Counted from the stretch's first letter, positions 29,593 through 39,034 are shown. The stretch: 64,000 nt of DNA from Candidatus Micrarchaeota archaeon (GCA_964643685.1 CAZXTN010000001.1:135936-199935), one strand, 5' to 3'. Notes: generated by a model from the letters alone, not told the origin. Numbers and translations: made by a program.

Positions 29593-30266
29593 TTGACATA
29601 CAATACGCCCTTCCATTGTTCATAGTGCTCATAAGCCTTGAAAGCAGCTCCTTGAACATGGAAGGAGCAGTGTCAGCCCTCTTAATGGCTTACTTAATCC
29701 TGCTAACCCAAAACGTCTGGTGGTTCTTTTACTTACTAGCATTTTTCATAATAGCCATGCTTGGAACAAAATATGGAGAGAAAAAAAAAGAAAAAAAGAA
29801 ACTAATACAACAAACAAGAGGATCAAAAAACGTAATGGCAAACGGAGGAATAGCTCTTCTCATGGCTTTGCTTGGAGGCCCTTATGCAGTATACGGTTTC
29901 GTCGGCGCACTTGCAGCAGCAACAGCAGACACAACAGGTTCTGAAATAGGAGTGCTTTCAAAAACAAAACCAATAATGATAACAACACTCAAACCAGCAA
30001 AACCAGGAATAAACGGAGCAATTTCACTAAAAGGAACAATAGCAGCTGCAATTGCTTCCTTTTTAATGGGTTTAATTGCATTGACTCTTACAAGAGACTT
30101 TAACATTATATGGATAACAACAATAGCAGGCATGGCAGGAATGCTTGCAGACTCACTAATAGGAGCAGTGTTTGAAAACAAAGGATATTGGGGCAACTCA
30201 ATCACAAACATGTTCGCTACAACAACAGGAGCAACAGTAGCACTTTTATTAACAACATTAATATAA
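29589..30266 (+). CDS. DUF92/TMEM19 membrane protein
   Basis: NVMANG, ADTTGSEIG, NGAIS and DSLIGA motifs. Confidence 0.88.
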   Translation: MIDIQYALPLFIVLISLESSSLNMEGAVSALLMAYLILLTQNVWWFFYLLAFFIIAMLGTKYGEKKKEKKKLIQQTRGSKNVMANGGIALLMALLGGPYAVYGFVGALAAATADTTGSEIGVLSKTKPIMITTLKPAKPGINGAISLKGTIAAAIASFLMGLIALTLTRDFNIIWITTIAGMAGMLADSLIGAVFENKGYWGNSITNMFATTTGATVALLLTTLI

Positions 30267-30312
30267 AAAAATATAAATAAAAAACAAAACAATAAAACAA
30301 AAAATAAAAAAA

Positions 30313-30331
30313 AGTCCCGTAGTCTAGTGGC
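30313..30331 (+). repeat. Orphan exact copy of the first 19 nt of tRNA-Gln
   Basis: AGTCCCGTAGTCTAGTGGC is identical to 30468-30486. Confidence 0.92.
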
Positions 30332-30467
30332 TGCCCCTTTCTTTTTTCGAAAAAAGAAAGTGGTAAGTGTTGCAATTAACGAAGTTAATTGAACCATCAA
30401 ACAATCTTCGATTGTTTGCATGTAGCCCAAAGAAAAAACAGGACTGAGAGAAGTATAAACCAAAAAT

Positions 30468-30721
30468 AGTCCCGTAGTCTAGTGGCCAAGGATTCTGGCC
30501 TTTGGAACGTTTCAACGCCTTCAAAAAAAGGAGTTAAGCGTGGAAACAGCCAGAGACGGCGGTTCGAAACAAAGGGTTACACCCTCTTGACACCTGTCAT
30601 TGGGATGCGCTTGCGCTTACCCAATTGTCAATGATAAGGGAAGGGGGGTCAGGAGGACCCTGAAACTGGGGGGGAAACCGCAGGTGTCCCCCGCGGTTCG
30701 GCGAAACTCCGCCCGGGACTA
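30468..30721 (+). tRNA. tRNA-Gln(TTG) with introns at 37/38 (30506-30547) and 59/60 (30569-30707)
   Basis: Acceptor stem AGTCCCG/CGGGACT with A73, anticodon stem CTGGC/GCCAG, T stem GGCGG/CCGCC, BHB central helix TTCG/CGAA. Confidence 0.88.
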
Positions 30722-30840
30722 TAACCCATCACTTATTATAAAATCACTAACAGATTTACAAAAAGACCACTAAGCGAAGCGCATGTGGTCTGCGGGGAGA
30801 TCAGAAACTCCCTAGAAATGAGAGGGGCAGCAAGCCCCTC

Positions 30841-30869
30841 GCGTTTCGGAGAAACTCCGCCCGGGACTA
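30841..30869 (+). repeat. Orphan copy of the intron end plus 3' exon of tRNA-Gln
   Basis: 27 of 29 nt match 30693-30721; the last 19 nt are identical. Confidence 0.92.
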
Positions 30870-30897
30870 CTTAAAAATTCTTTTTTTTGCAAGAAGG

Positions 30898-31620
30898 TTA
30901 GAAGCTAGCTGTTGCTAGTCTCATTCCATTTTCATTAATGTCAATCAAATACTTGGACATTGGAAATCTTGTTGCTATCATTTTTCTAATCATGAGAGTT
31001 TGGTTTAAAGAATCTTGCCCAGGGTTGAAAAACAAGTCAATCACTCCATCAAGTACAAAAGGCTCAACTCCATACTCAGTTAAACCACCTGAAATGCTAG
31101 AAGAACCAGCTGTAGAAGTTTGCCTCTCAGCAACAAACAAAGTAGTACATCCTTTTTCTTTCAAAGAACGTGAAAGGTAATAAAGAAGAGTTCTGAATTT
31201 TGACTTGTTATTAATAGCCTGTGCAAGAGGAGAAAGAGAATCAAAAACAATTCTCTTAGCGCCTATTTCATTAATAACTTTGTTAAGCTGAAGGATAATT
31301 TCAGAATGAAGAGAACGTAATTCAAACTTGTCAAACTCCACAGGGTCATAAGAAGAAAAAATTAACTTGTTCTGCTTCTGTAAACTAACAATATCCCAAT
31401 TAAACCTTTCAGCATACCATTGAAAATCTTTTTCATAAGCTTCTACGCTAATCATAAACCCAGGTTCATCGTATAATTTAACGCCGTTGTACAAGTACTG
31501 TAAACTAAAAATAGACTTGCCTACACCAGGAGGACCTGTTAACAAAATAGAAGAAGGACGTGGAAAACCTCCTTCAATCAAGCTATCTAAACCAGGAATG
31601 CCTGTTTTAACCCTATCCAT
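30898..31620 (-). CDS. KaiC/RAD55-like RecA-superfamily ATPase
   Basis: KTGIPGLD, GPPGVGKS, RIVFDS and IRKM motifs. Confidence 0.9.
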   Translation of the reverse strand: MDRVKTGIPGLDSLIEGGFPRPSSILLTGPPGVGKSIFSLQYLYNGVKLYDEPGFMISVEAYEKDFQWYAERFNWDIVSLQKQNKLIFSSYDPVEFDKFELRSLHSEIILQLNKVINEIGAKRIVFDSLSPLAQAINNKSKFRTLLYYLSRSLKEKGCTTLFVAERQTSTAGSSSISGGLTEYGVEPFVLDGVIDLFFNPGQDSLNQTLMIRKMIATRFPMSKYLIDINENGMRLATASF

Positions 31621-31832
31621 AGCACACTCACAACCCAATTAATAAACCTTTTTTTCTTTTCCCAAGTTTTCTTTTTTTTCAAAAGAAAACATTTGAGGTG
31701 AAGCTGATTGAGTTTTCTTTTTTTTATAAAAAAGAAAAGCTGTTTTTACCATATTCATAAAAGAAGAAAACGCAAAAAAGGTTTAAAAAACAATGTATCA
31801 CAAACAACAAAAAATTCAAAACAAAGAAAAAC

Positions 31833-33377
31833 TTAAATTATTTTTTTAATAATTGAAGCATAAGCTGGCCTTGTGATAAACACTCCAACTATAACTCCTA
31901 TTATTGTAGTAATTGCAAATCCTTTCAAGATACCCAAACCCATGAACAATAAAGGAGCCATGGCAAAAGTCAAAGCTCCTGCTGACATGAAAACAATTGA
32001 AAAAGCTTTCTTAATCTTAGAAGCTAAGCTGGCAAGTTTTTCTTCTTCTGTTTCTTTTCTTAAAACCTCATCAACAATAACCACTTGGTCGTCAATACCA
32101 GAGCCGATGGCTCCAATGATGCCTGCAACTGAAGGCAAGTCCATTTGCCAGCCAATTAAAGAAGAAACTCCAAGAACCATTGTAACTTCAAAAATAAGAG
32201 TAATCATAATAGGGACAGTTATCCTGATTTTTCTATATCTAACAAATAGGCAAAGAGCAACCACAAACATGGCAACAATTCCAGCATACAGGCTGTAAGT
32301 TAGGAATTCGCTTCCAAGAGTAGGTGAGATAGTTGAGACACTACCTACGCTTACACTTACAGGCAACTTACCTGATTTCAACAAGATAACAACCCTGTTC
32401 ATTTCATCAGCTGCTTGCTGCTGTGTCTGAGCAGAACCTGTGATAGAAGGACGAGTAACAGGAGTGCCAGAAGCAATTCCAGGAGTAATGTGGACAATGT
32501 TTTCTAAGTTTAAAGCATTGGCAATCCAGTATTTTCCAACCTGTTGCTTTTCAACAACTTTAGAAGCGTCTTTTTTCAAAAGAGCAACTTCCTGTTCAGA
32601 GTAATTGCCATAAGGGATTATAACTTGCTTTCCCTTAACCTTGTTTAAAATACTTCCATCAATTTTATCAGATACAATTAAATGAACTCCTGAGTTGTTT
32701 ACAAGTTCATCAATAGGGATAAGTTCATCACTTAAATCCAAGTCGCTTGGGACATTTCTTTCTTTCTCATACAAGTCATTTGGAATAATGATATAAGCTC
32801 CTTCAGGCCTGTCAATGAACATGTACAGCAATTCAGGACAAGTCTGCGCATTAGGAGTGCTGCATTGTCCAAGCAAAGCATTTGAAAATTCTTCAGAAGC
32901 TTGTGAGGTAATCAAGAAAGGAACGGTCCACCTGTAGCCATAATCACTTGGACGGAAACCATAACCCTGCTGAGGGTCAGTGATAACTGAGACAATATCC
33001 TCCCCTTTCAAAACAACTTTTCCATTGTAAAGAGTTTCAAATTTACCCTGCTGTCCCAGAAGGGATTGAATTTGGTTAATTGCAGCTGGGTCAGTTTCAG
33101 CTATTTCAACAACAATGTAGGAAACGGGATCACCCCATGGCTTGACTGAAACATCCTTTAATCCAAACGCGTTTATCCTATTCTGTAAAACAGTTACTAT
33201 GGTTTGAGAATCAACAGTTTCATTAGCTGTTTTATCTAGGTTAACTTGGATAAGAGTGCCTCCACTGAAATCCATTCCATAATCAAGCCCCTTGAAAGCA
33301 AGAGGAAGCACGCCAATAAGAATAAAAGCAGTGAATGCAAAAATAACTTTCTTGTCTTTCATTACTTCTTTAATCAT
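31833..33377 (-). CDS. secD: Protein translocase subunit SecD
   Basis: GMDFSGG, RINAFG, LKSGKLP and GSGIDD motifs. Confidence 0.92.
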   Translation of the reverse strand: MIKEVMKDKKVIFAFTAFILIGVLPLAFKGLDYGMDFSGGTLIQVNLDKTANETVDSQTIVTVLQNRINAFGLKDVSVKPWGDPVSYIVVEIAETDPAAINQIQSLLGQQGKFETLYNGKVVLKGEDIVSVITDPQQGYGFRPSDYGYRWTVPFLITSQASEEFSNALLGQCSTPNAQTCPELLYMFIDRPEGAYIIIPNDLYEKERNVPSDLDLSDELIPIDELVNNSGVHLIVSDKIDGSILNKVKGKQVIIPYGNYSEQEVALLKKDASKVVEKQQVGKYWIANALNLENIVHITPGIASGTPVTRPSITGSAQTQQQAADEMNRVVILLKSGKLPVSVSVGSVSTISPTLGSEFLTYSLYAGIVAMFVVALCLFVRYRKIRITVPIMITLIFEVTMVLGVSSLIGWQMDLPSVAGIIGAIGSGIDDQVVIVDEVLRKETEEEKLASLASKIKKAFSIVFMSAGALTFAMAPLLFMGLGILKGFAITTIIGVIVGVFITRPAYASIIKKII

Positions 33378-34378
33378 TTTTTACCCCTCGCTTCTTTTTT
33401 TTCCATAAGCCACAGCACAAGAACAGCGTTAGTGAACCAAGTTGCTATGATGTCAGCAAGCAAGCCAATAACCATCATAAGAGAGATGTCAAAAAGAACT
33501 GAAATGCTTGCATAGTAAGAGACAATAAGCAAGCTAAGCATTGTGAAAAAAGCAGTTAAAGTCATTGTAAGCCCTGTTTTCAAAGCACCGTTAAGACGCT
33601 CGTATTTTGTGCCTGATTTTCTTTTAATCATTCTGTCATTAAGCATGATGTCCGTGTCAATTGAATAACCAATGAGCATAAGTAAAGGGGCAAAAGTTGC
33701 AAGAGTTAATGGAATGTGAAAAGCCCCTAGAACTGCATAGCCAACTAAAACGTCAAAAAAAGCAGACTGCACAGCTGCAAAAGACAAGACAAAAGTCCTG
33801 AAGTAATAGAAAATTAAAATTGTTATGAAAACAAAAGCTAGGATGATTGCTGTTGTCGCTTGCTTTAAGAAGAAGTCACCAAGAGAAGGGCCGATATCTT
33901 GTATGGAAAGCTGTGAAGATTCAACTTGAAGTTCTGAAGAAAGGAAGGAAATCAGTTTGTCTTTGAATTCTTGTCTTGCTTTTGAAAAGTAAGCATCAGC
34001 TTGATCTTTCAATGGAAGGTTAGACACTCCAAGATCACCTACAGTTGGCTTAAGAAGGGAAATAACTTGCTCATATTTCTGGTTCTTAAAGTAATTCTGA
34101 GCTTTTAAAAGAGTTTTTTCACCTAAAAATTCAATGTAAACACTTTTAGTAGCGCCAGTAACCTGCCTAACTGACAAGTCCTCTAAATCAAAATTTGATT
34201 CAAGTTTGCTTTGAAATTCCTGGACATTTATATCCTTGTTAACAGGAGATACTATTGAAGTCCCTCCTTTCAAATCAATTCCATACTCAACTTGCGTTGA
34301 AAAATAAAGAGACAAGATAAGAATTAAAATTGGGACTATTAGCAATAATTTATAATGCTTAGATGAGTAAATCTTCAT
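33374..34378 (-). CDS. secF: Protein translocase subunit SecF
   Basis: GIDLKGG, IGPSLG and IGYSIDTDI motifs. Confidence 0.92.
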   Translation of the reverse strand: MKIYSSKHYKLLLIVPILILILSLYFSTQVEYGIDLKGGTSIVSPVNKDINVQEFQSKLESNFDLEDLSVRQVTGATKSVYIEFLGEKTLLKAQNYFKNQKYEQVISLLKPTVGDLGVSNLPLKDQADAYFSKARQEFKDKLISFLSSELQVESSQLSIQDIGPSLGDFFLKQATTAIILAFVFITILIFYYFRTFVLSFAAVQSAFFDVLVGYAVLGAFHIPLTLATFAPLLMLIGYSIDTDIMLNDRMIKRKSGTKYERLNGALKTGLTMTLTAFFTMLSLLIVSYYASISVLFDISLMMVIGLLADIIATWFTNAVLVLWLMEKKEARGKK

Positions 34379-34380
34379 TG

Positions 34381-35130
34381 ATGAACACCTTGTTAATTGA
34401 TAGAAAAGGCAAAAAAACCTTAATAAGCACTGAGGAAAGAAAAGCCAACACTCAGTATGGAATAATTAGTGAAACAGACCTTAATAAACTTAATGGTGGG
34501 CTTGTGAAAACGCATACAGGCAAGCAACTGCTTGCAGTGAAACCAAGCTTTCAGGACATGGTTGAAAGCATGAAAATGGGCTCGCGTCCAATATACCCTT
34601 ATGACTCGGGAATAATGTCAGCAATGCTTTCAATTAAAAAAGGAACAAAGGTTCTTGAATCAGGCACAGGAAGCGGAGGAAATACAATTTACTTAGCTGA
34701 ACTTGGAGCAGAGATAGACACGTGGGAAAAAGAAAAAAGGTTCTATGACATAGCTGAAAAAAACCTGGCAAAGTACAAGAATGTGAAAACACATTACGGA
34801 AACGTGTTGGAACAGAAATTAAAGAGAGAATTTTACGACGTGATTTTTCTGGACTTGCAGAATCCTTCTCAGGCAATTGAGCAAATTGATTACTCTTTAA
34901 GGATAGGTGGTTTTGTGGGTGTTTATTCTCCTATCATGGATGACATCAAGCCGGTTTGGAGGAAACTAGAGGAAAGAGGTTACTTTGACATCAGGGCAAT
35001 TCAGTTGGATTTGAAGGAAGTAATTGTTAAAAAGTATGCTCGTGTAAAAGGATTACTAGGATACCCTGGCTGGTTTATCTGGGGTAGGAAAGGAAGTGAG
35101 TTAAAAAATGATGAGTTTGGAAGAAATTGA
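34381..35130 (+). CDS. trmI: tRNA m1A58 methyltransferase TrmI-like
   Basis: IYPYD, ESGTGSG, IFLDL and YSP motifs. Confidence 0.85.
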   Translation: MNTLLIDRKGKKTLISTEERKANTQYGIISETDLNKLNGGLVKTHTGKQLLAVKPSFQDMVESMKMGSRPIYPYDSGIMSAMLSIKKGTKVLESGTGSGGNTIYLAELGAEIDTWEKEKRFYDIAEKNLAKYKNVKTHYGNVLEQKLKREFYDVIFLDLQNPSQAIEQIDYSLRIGGFVGVYSPIMDDIKPVWRKLEERGYFDIRAIQLDLKEVIVKKYARVKGLLGYPGWFIWGRKGSELKNDEFGRN

Positions 35131-35266
35131 AGCTGAAATTGTAATGCTTAAAAACAAGATTAAGAACACTAAATCGCATCTTGGAAGAATAGAATTGGAG
35201 AAAAGGTTAAGCGAATTAATTGAAATGAAAAAGACAGCTAAGAACAAAGAACCATGGGAATTATGA
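35108..35266 (+). CDS. Small coiled-coil hypothetical protein (52 aa, absent from ORF track)
   Basis: GTGAG SD; translation MMSLEEIEAEIVMLKNKI...EPWEL; fills the intergenic gap. Confidence 0.5.
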   Translation: MMSLEEIEAEIVMLKNKIKNTKSHLGRIELEKRLSELIEMKKTAKNKEPWEL

Positions 35267-35269
35267 CTT

Positions 35270-36967
35270 TCATTCTTTTTTCTTGTTTTTCCATCTTGGC
35301 TTTACAGCAACTCCTTTTTCAAAGTCAAGCATTTCTTTCTTGTTAAGAAGAGCTTCGCCTGACGCAAGCAATTCTCCCTCCTCGTTTATGACTAGAACTT
35401 CTTGTCCTGGGATAATTGAATCATCAGCATCTAAGACATGCTTTGCAAACACGCTTCTGCCCTCTCTTATAAACTCGCTTGCCTCATTTTTTACCTTGAC
35501 TCTGAATTGCATTCCGCTGGTTTTCTCAAACAACAACTCAGCTCCAAAGTGGAGGAGTATTTTGAAGTCAGTTGCCCTGAAAGTAGTTAAGAGCTTGCCG
35601 TTTTTGTTAACTTCCCTTATTTTATGTGTTTTTGGCGACACCCTTATCTTGCAATCCTCGTCAAAGATATTCACTCCAAACCAGTATAATGAAACATCTT
35701 TTATTTTTTCATAATTGTTTTTTGTCTTAGGGTACTTGGAATCACCTGTAACTGAATGTGAAAAGGGATAGCATTCAAGCAGAGTTTTCGGAACCCTGCC
35801 AAATAATTCATGCATGTAATAATCTTTTGATGGCACGCGTGCTAGCATTTTTTCAACTCTTTCAATCAAAGGTTGTTTTGTGGAGAATTCTGTTGATACA
35901 AAGAAATGGCTTTTTGTCAGCTTGTCTTTCTTTGCCAAGTATCTCAAGTTAGCTTGGCTTGTGAATGCTTTCATTGCCTTGTATAATTCTGGATGAGCAG
36001 CTGCTCTTTGTTCTATTAATTCAAACAAACTTCCTTGCTTGATGTTTTCTTTGATCAAATTTATTTCATTGAAAGTAACGTAAAGGTTGTGTTCAGCTAA
36101 GTCTTTGAAAGTCAAGTCGCTTGGTTTTTTTCCAACGCAAGCTGGGCAAGAGCATGGAAGGTGTGTCATTTCATCCAAGTGAAGGGTTCCTGTTGGCGTC
36201 AAGTACCTCTTGTCTTTTGCGTAGAGGATGTAAGCTGCTGAGTCAAACAAGTCAATTCCCATTGCAACTGCGAATGCGAAGAACATTGGATGCCCTGCTC
36301 CGAACAAGTGCACTGGCCTGTTTTCAGGAAGGTTTTCTTTTGCGTTGCGCATGATGTCAATTAATTCAGCGAATTTGTATTTTACGAGAAGAGGAACAAC
36401 AGAACCTATTGGGTGAATGTCAAAGTTCAATTCACTCATTGCTCTGCTTGTTTTCACAACCAAGTCAGAATGAACCCCTCCTTGAATCGGCCCGCACCAC
36501 AACCTCTCTTTATCAATTAATTCCTGAGCTTCTTTCGCCCTTTGAATTGTTTCTTCGACGTTTTTTTCAATTGCTTTCTTGTAGCTTGTTTTTGAAGGAA
36601 TGTCAAGGATTACCCCTATGTCTACTCCTATTTTTTTCTGAAAGTCAATTATCTGCTCGTTTGAAACGTCAATGTCCCCGTATTCCATTAATTGGAAAGC
36701 TCCTGAGTCAGTCATAATAGGGCCTGTGTATTGCAGAAAGTTGTGCACTCCTTGTGCCAGGACTTCTTCTTGATGATTTTTCCATAAAATGTATGAGTTT
36801 GTAATCACTGCTTGTGCTCCGAATTTCTGCATTTCGCTTGCTTTAATTACTTGCTGGTTGGGGTTGATTACTGGAAAAATCGTAGGCGTCTCTATGTTAC
36901 CGTGTGGCGTTTTCAAAACACCTATTCTGCCTCCTAAGTCTCTTGCTTTGATTTCAAATTCAACCAT
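35270..36967 (-). CDS. tgtA: Archaeosine tRNA-guanine(15) transglycosylase
   Basis: MTDSGAFQ, HLFGAGHP, DLFDSAAY, CSCPAC and C-terminal PUA. Confidence 0.95.
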   Translation of the reverse strand: MVEFEIKARDLGGRIGVLKTPHGNIETPTIFPVINPNQQVIKASEMQKFGAQAVITNSYILWKNHQEEVLAQGVHNFLQYTGPIMTDSGAFQLMEYGDIDVSNEQIIDFQKKIGVDIGVILDIPSKTSYKKAIEKNVEETIQRAKEAQELIDKERLWCGPIQGGVHSDLVVKTSRAMSELNFDIHPIGSVVPLLVKYKFAELIDIMRNAKENLPENRPVHLFGAGHPMFFAFAVAMGIDLFDSAAYILYAKDKRYLTPTGTLHLDEMTHLPCSCPACVGKKPSDLTFKDLAEHNLYVTFNEINLIKENIKQGSLFELIEQRAAAHPELYKAMKAFTSQANLRYLAKKDKLTKSHFFVSTEFSTKQPLIERVEKMLARVPSKDYYMHELFGRVPKTLLECYPFSHSVTGDSKYPKTKNNYEKIKDVSLYWFGVNIFDEDCKIRVSPKTHKIREVNKNGKLLTTFRATDFKILLHFGAELLFEKTSGMQFRVKVKNEASEFIREGRSVFAKHVLDADDSIIPGQEVLVINEEGELLASGEALLNKKEMLDFEKGVAVKPRWKNKKKE

Positions 36968-37016
36968 TTTCAAAAAAACCTCTTTAAGAAAAAGTGAAAA
37001 AAAGAGTTTAAAAGGA

Positions 37017-37733
37017 TTAGTGTTTAGGCATGTATTTTTCTCTTAGTTTCTTTGCATATTTTTCCTTGACATTTATTTTTATTTCTTTGAATTTCTGTTT
37101 TGGTTTTTCAGGCACGTAGCTTGAGGCAAAGTCGCTTGCTTTTCTTCTCACTATTGGCTGTTCTTTTTTAATTACTTTTTTTTCTGGCTTAAGTTGAGAG
37201 ATTATTTCTTTTAATTCTTCATTTTGAGTAAATAAGTAAGAAAGGACAAGGAGTGAAAGGATTAGTGAAACAAGTGATATTATGCCTATTATGTTGATGA
37301 AGTCAATTGAATTGCTTGTGTTCAAGGCGACAATAAGGCCTGTTATTCTTGCTCCTTCTTCATTGAATCCGTATCTTTCATAAGTTGCTTTTGATTTTTC
37401 ATAAAGTTGTATTGCTTTGCTTTTAAGCCCTTCTTTTTTGTAGGCTTCTGCTGCTTTTTCATAGGAGCTTGCTCTTAAGAAATTGTCTGCTCCTGGAAGA
37501 AGGGAATCAGCAGCGTCAATGTAATACTCGGCTGATTTTTCATAGTAAAAATTAGCTTGTTTAATGTTTCCTTGGTTGTAAAAGCAGTCTCCTGCGTGCA
37601 TGTATTCTCCAGCTGCGCCGAAGTAGCTTGGGTAAGGTGGTGCTAGTCTGTCTTCTGCTAGTGACACGAAGTCGTAGCAGTTGGCAAAAACAAGCCCTGT
37701 TAAAACAAGTAAAGAGAATAAAATTTTTTTCAT
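37017..37733 (-). CDS. Signal peptide + TPR/SNAP-like repeats + TM protein
   Basis: Repeated YEKSAEYY, YEKAAEAY and YEKSKATY helices; TM segment; basic tail. Confidence 0.6.
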   Translation of the reverse strand: MKKILFSLLVLTGLVFANCYDFVSLAEDRLAPPYPSYFGAAGEYMHAGDCFYNQGNIKQANFYYEKSAEYYIDAADSLLPGADNFLRASSYEKAAEAYKKEGLKSKAIQLYEKSKATYERYGFNEEGARITGLIVALNTSNSIDFINIIGIISLVSLILSLLVLSYLFTQNEELKEIISQLKPEKKVIKKEQPIVRRKASDFASSYVPEKPKQKFKEIKINVKEKYAKKLREKYMPKH

Positions 37734-37831
37734 GATTATTTTTATGAAAAAACTTGTTTATTTAGTTTTTCTTTTAGAGAAAAGTAGATAAACTAAAAGA
37801 AAAACGTTTGAGCAAACAAGAAAAAGGCGAT

Positions 37832-38956
37832 TTACCTTTTCTTTTTTCTATTGTTGCTTTTTTTCTTTGTTTTCTGTTGTGGTATGAATGGAGGTATTTT
37901 TCCAGCTGGCTCTGATATTATAACTTGTTTTGGGTAAGGTATTTCCACGTCATGTTTTGAGAATTCGTTTAATATTATTCTTTTGGCATCTGATTGGGCG
38001 TCAACAAGGCTTCCTTTTTTAGTGTCAAGCCAGAACCTTAATTGCAGGTCTATTGAAGATGCTCCGAAGTTTTGAAGCAGGACTTGTATTGGTTTTTTTG
38101 AATTGTTTAAGATAGCTCCTTTTATTTTTGTAGGCACTTTTTTCATTATATCCATTGCTGTTTTCAAGTCGCTTTCATAAGCAATGCCTACGTCAACTTC
38201 TATTCTTCTGTTTTTTTCTCTTGTGTAATTTATGACTGGGTTGCTGTTGATGATGAGGTTTGGTATCATTATTACTTTATTGTCAAATGTTTTCAGCTTT
38301 GTCATTCTTAACCCTATTTCATCAACTACTCCTAGTTTTCCTTGTATTTCAACAACTTCTCCGTATCTCAATGGCTTGTCAAAAGCAATGAATATTCCTG
38401 CTAAAGTGTTTGACACAACATCTTTTGCGGCGAAACCTACTGTGATTCCAATTACTCCTGCTCCTGCTATGAAGCCGGTAAACACGCTGGTATATCCTAA
38501 GATTGACAAGGCTGCGAAGAAGGCAATGGTGTAAATAGTGTAGCTTATTATGTTTTCAATCATTTTATGAGTGTGTTCTGACAAGTCAATTGACTCCATT
38601 TTTTCGTCAATTTTTCTGATTGAAGGACGCAGTACTGCGAGAGAAATTTTCATTACAAAAAAAAGCAGGATTAACTGGTAGTACTTGTTATTGAAAACAT
38701 CATTTACTCCCAAAATGAGGAACAGAATGTAGAAGGATATTATGTATATTGCGAATCTTATTGCGTTTGCAAGTTCCTTGTGTGCTGTTTCTGACAGGTC
38801 CATTTTGTGATATTGGTCTACCCAATCGTCAAGCCATTTTGGAATACGGGGGATGATTTTTACGCTGAGGAAAGTAGATACTGCCCATATTCCAATTTCT
38901 ATTGCTTTTGCAAGCAAGACTGCTTCTTCAATTGAGTATCCGAATAATTCAATCAT
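37832..38956 (-). CDS. mscS: Small-conductance mechanosensitive channel
   Basis: GFAAKDVVSN, IPN, VGIAYESD and EIPYP motifs. Confidence 0.92.
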   Translation of the reverse strand: MIELFGYSIEEAVLLAKAIEIGIWAVSTFLSVKIIPRIPKWLDDWVDQYHKMDLSETAHKELANAIRFAIYIISFYILFLILGVNDVFNNKYYQLILLFFVMKISLAVLRPSIRKIDEKMESIDLSEHTHKMIENIISYTIYTIAFFAALSILGYTSVFTGFIAGAGVIGITVGFAAKDVVSNTLAGIFIAFDKPLRYGEVVEIQGKLGVVDEIGLRMTKLKTFDNKVIMIPNLIINSNPVINYTREKNRRIEVDVGIAYESDLKTAMDIMKKVPTKIKGAILNNSKKPIQVLLQNFGASSIDLQLRFWLDTKKGSLVDAQSDAKRIILNEFSKHDVEIPYPKQVIISEPAGKIPPFIPQQKTKKKSNNRKKKR

Positions 38957-39034
38957 GTGTTTAATAGTAAAATCAAGGTTGTTTAAATAACTTTAACAAG
39001 AGCTTTTAAACACGTGTTTTCATTAATAATAGTC

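Noticed and set aside
30569-30707. Self-cleaving ribozyme in the long intron
   Set aside because: No complete hammerhead CUGANGA core or other ribozyme consensus could be identified by eye
30313-30869. Direct repeats as a CRISPR array
   Set aside because: Only two copies of each repeat, both tRNA-derived; spacing about 150 nt; no cas genes
31639-31758. 39-codon minus-strand ORF upstream of the KaiC-like gene
   Set aside because: It runs through low-complexity palindromes and has no convincing SD or motif
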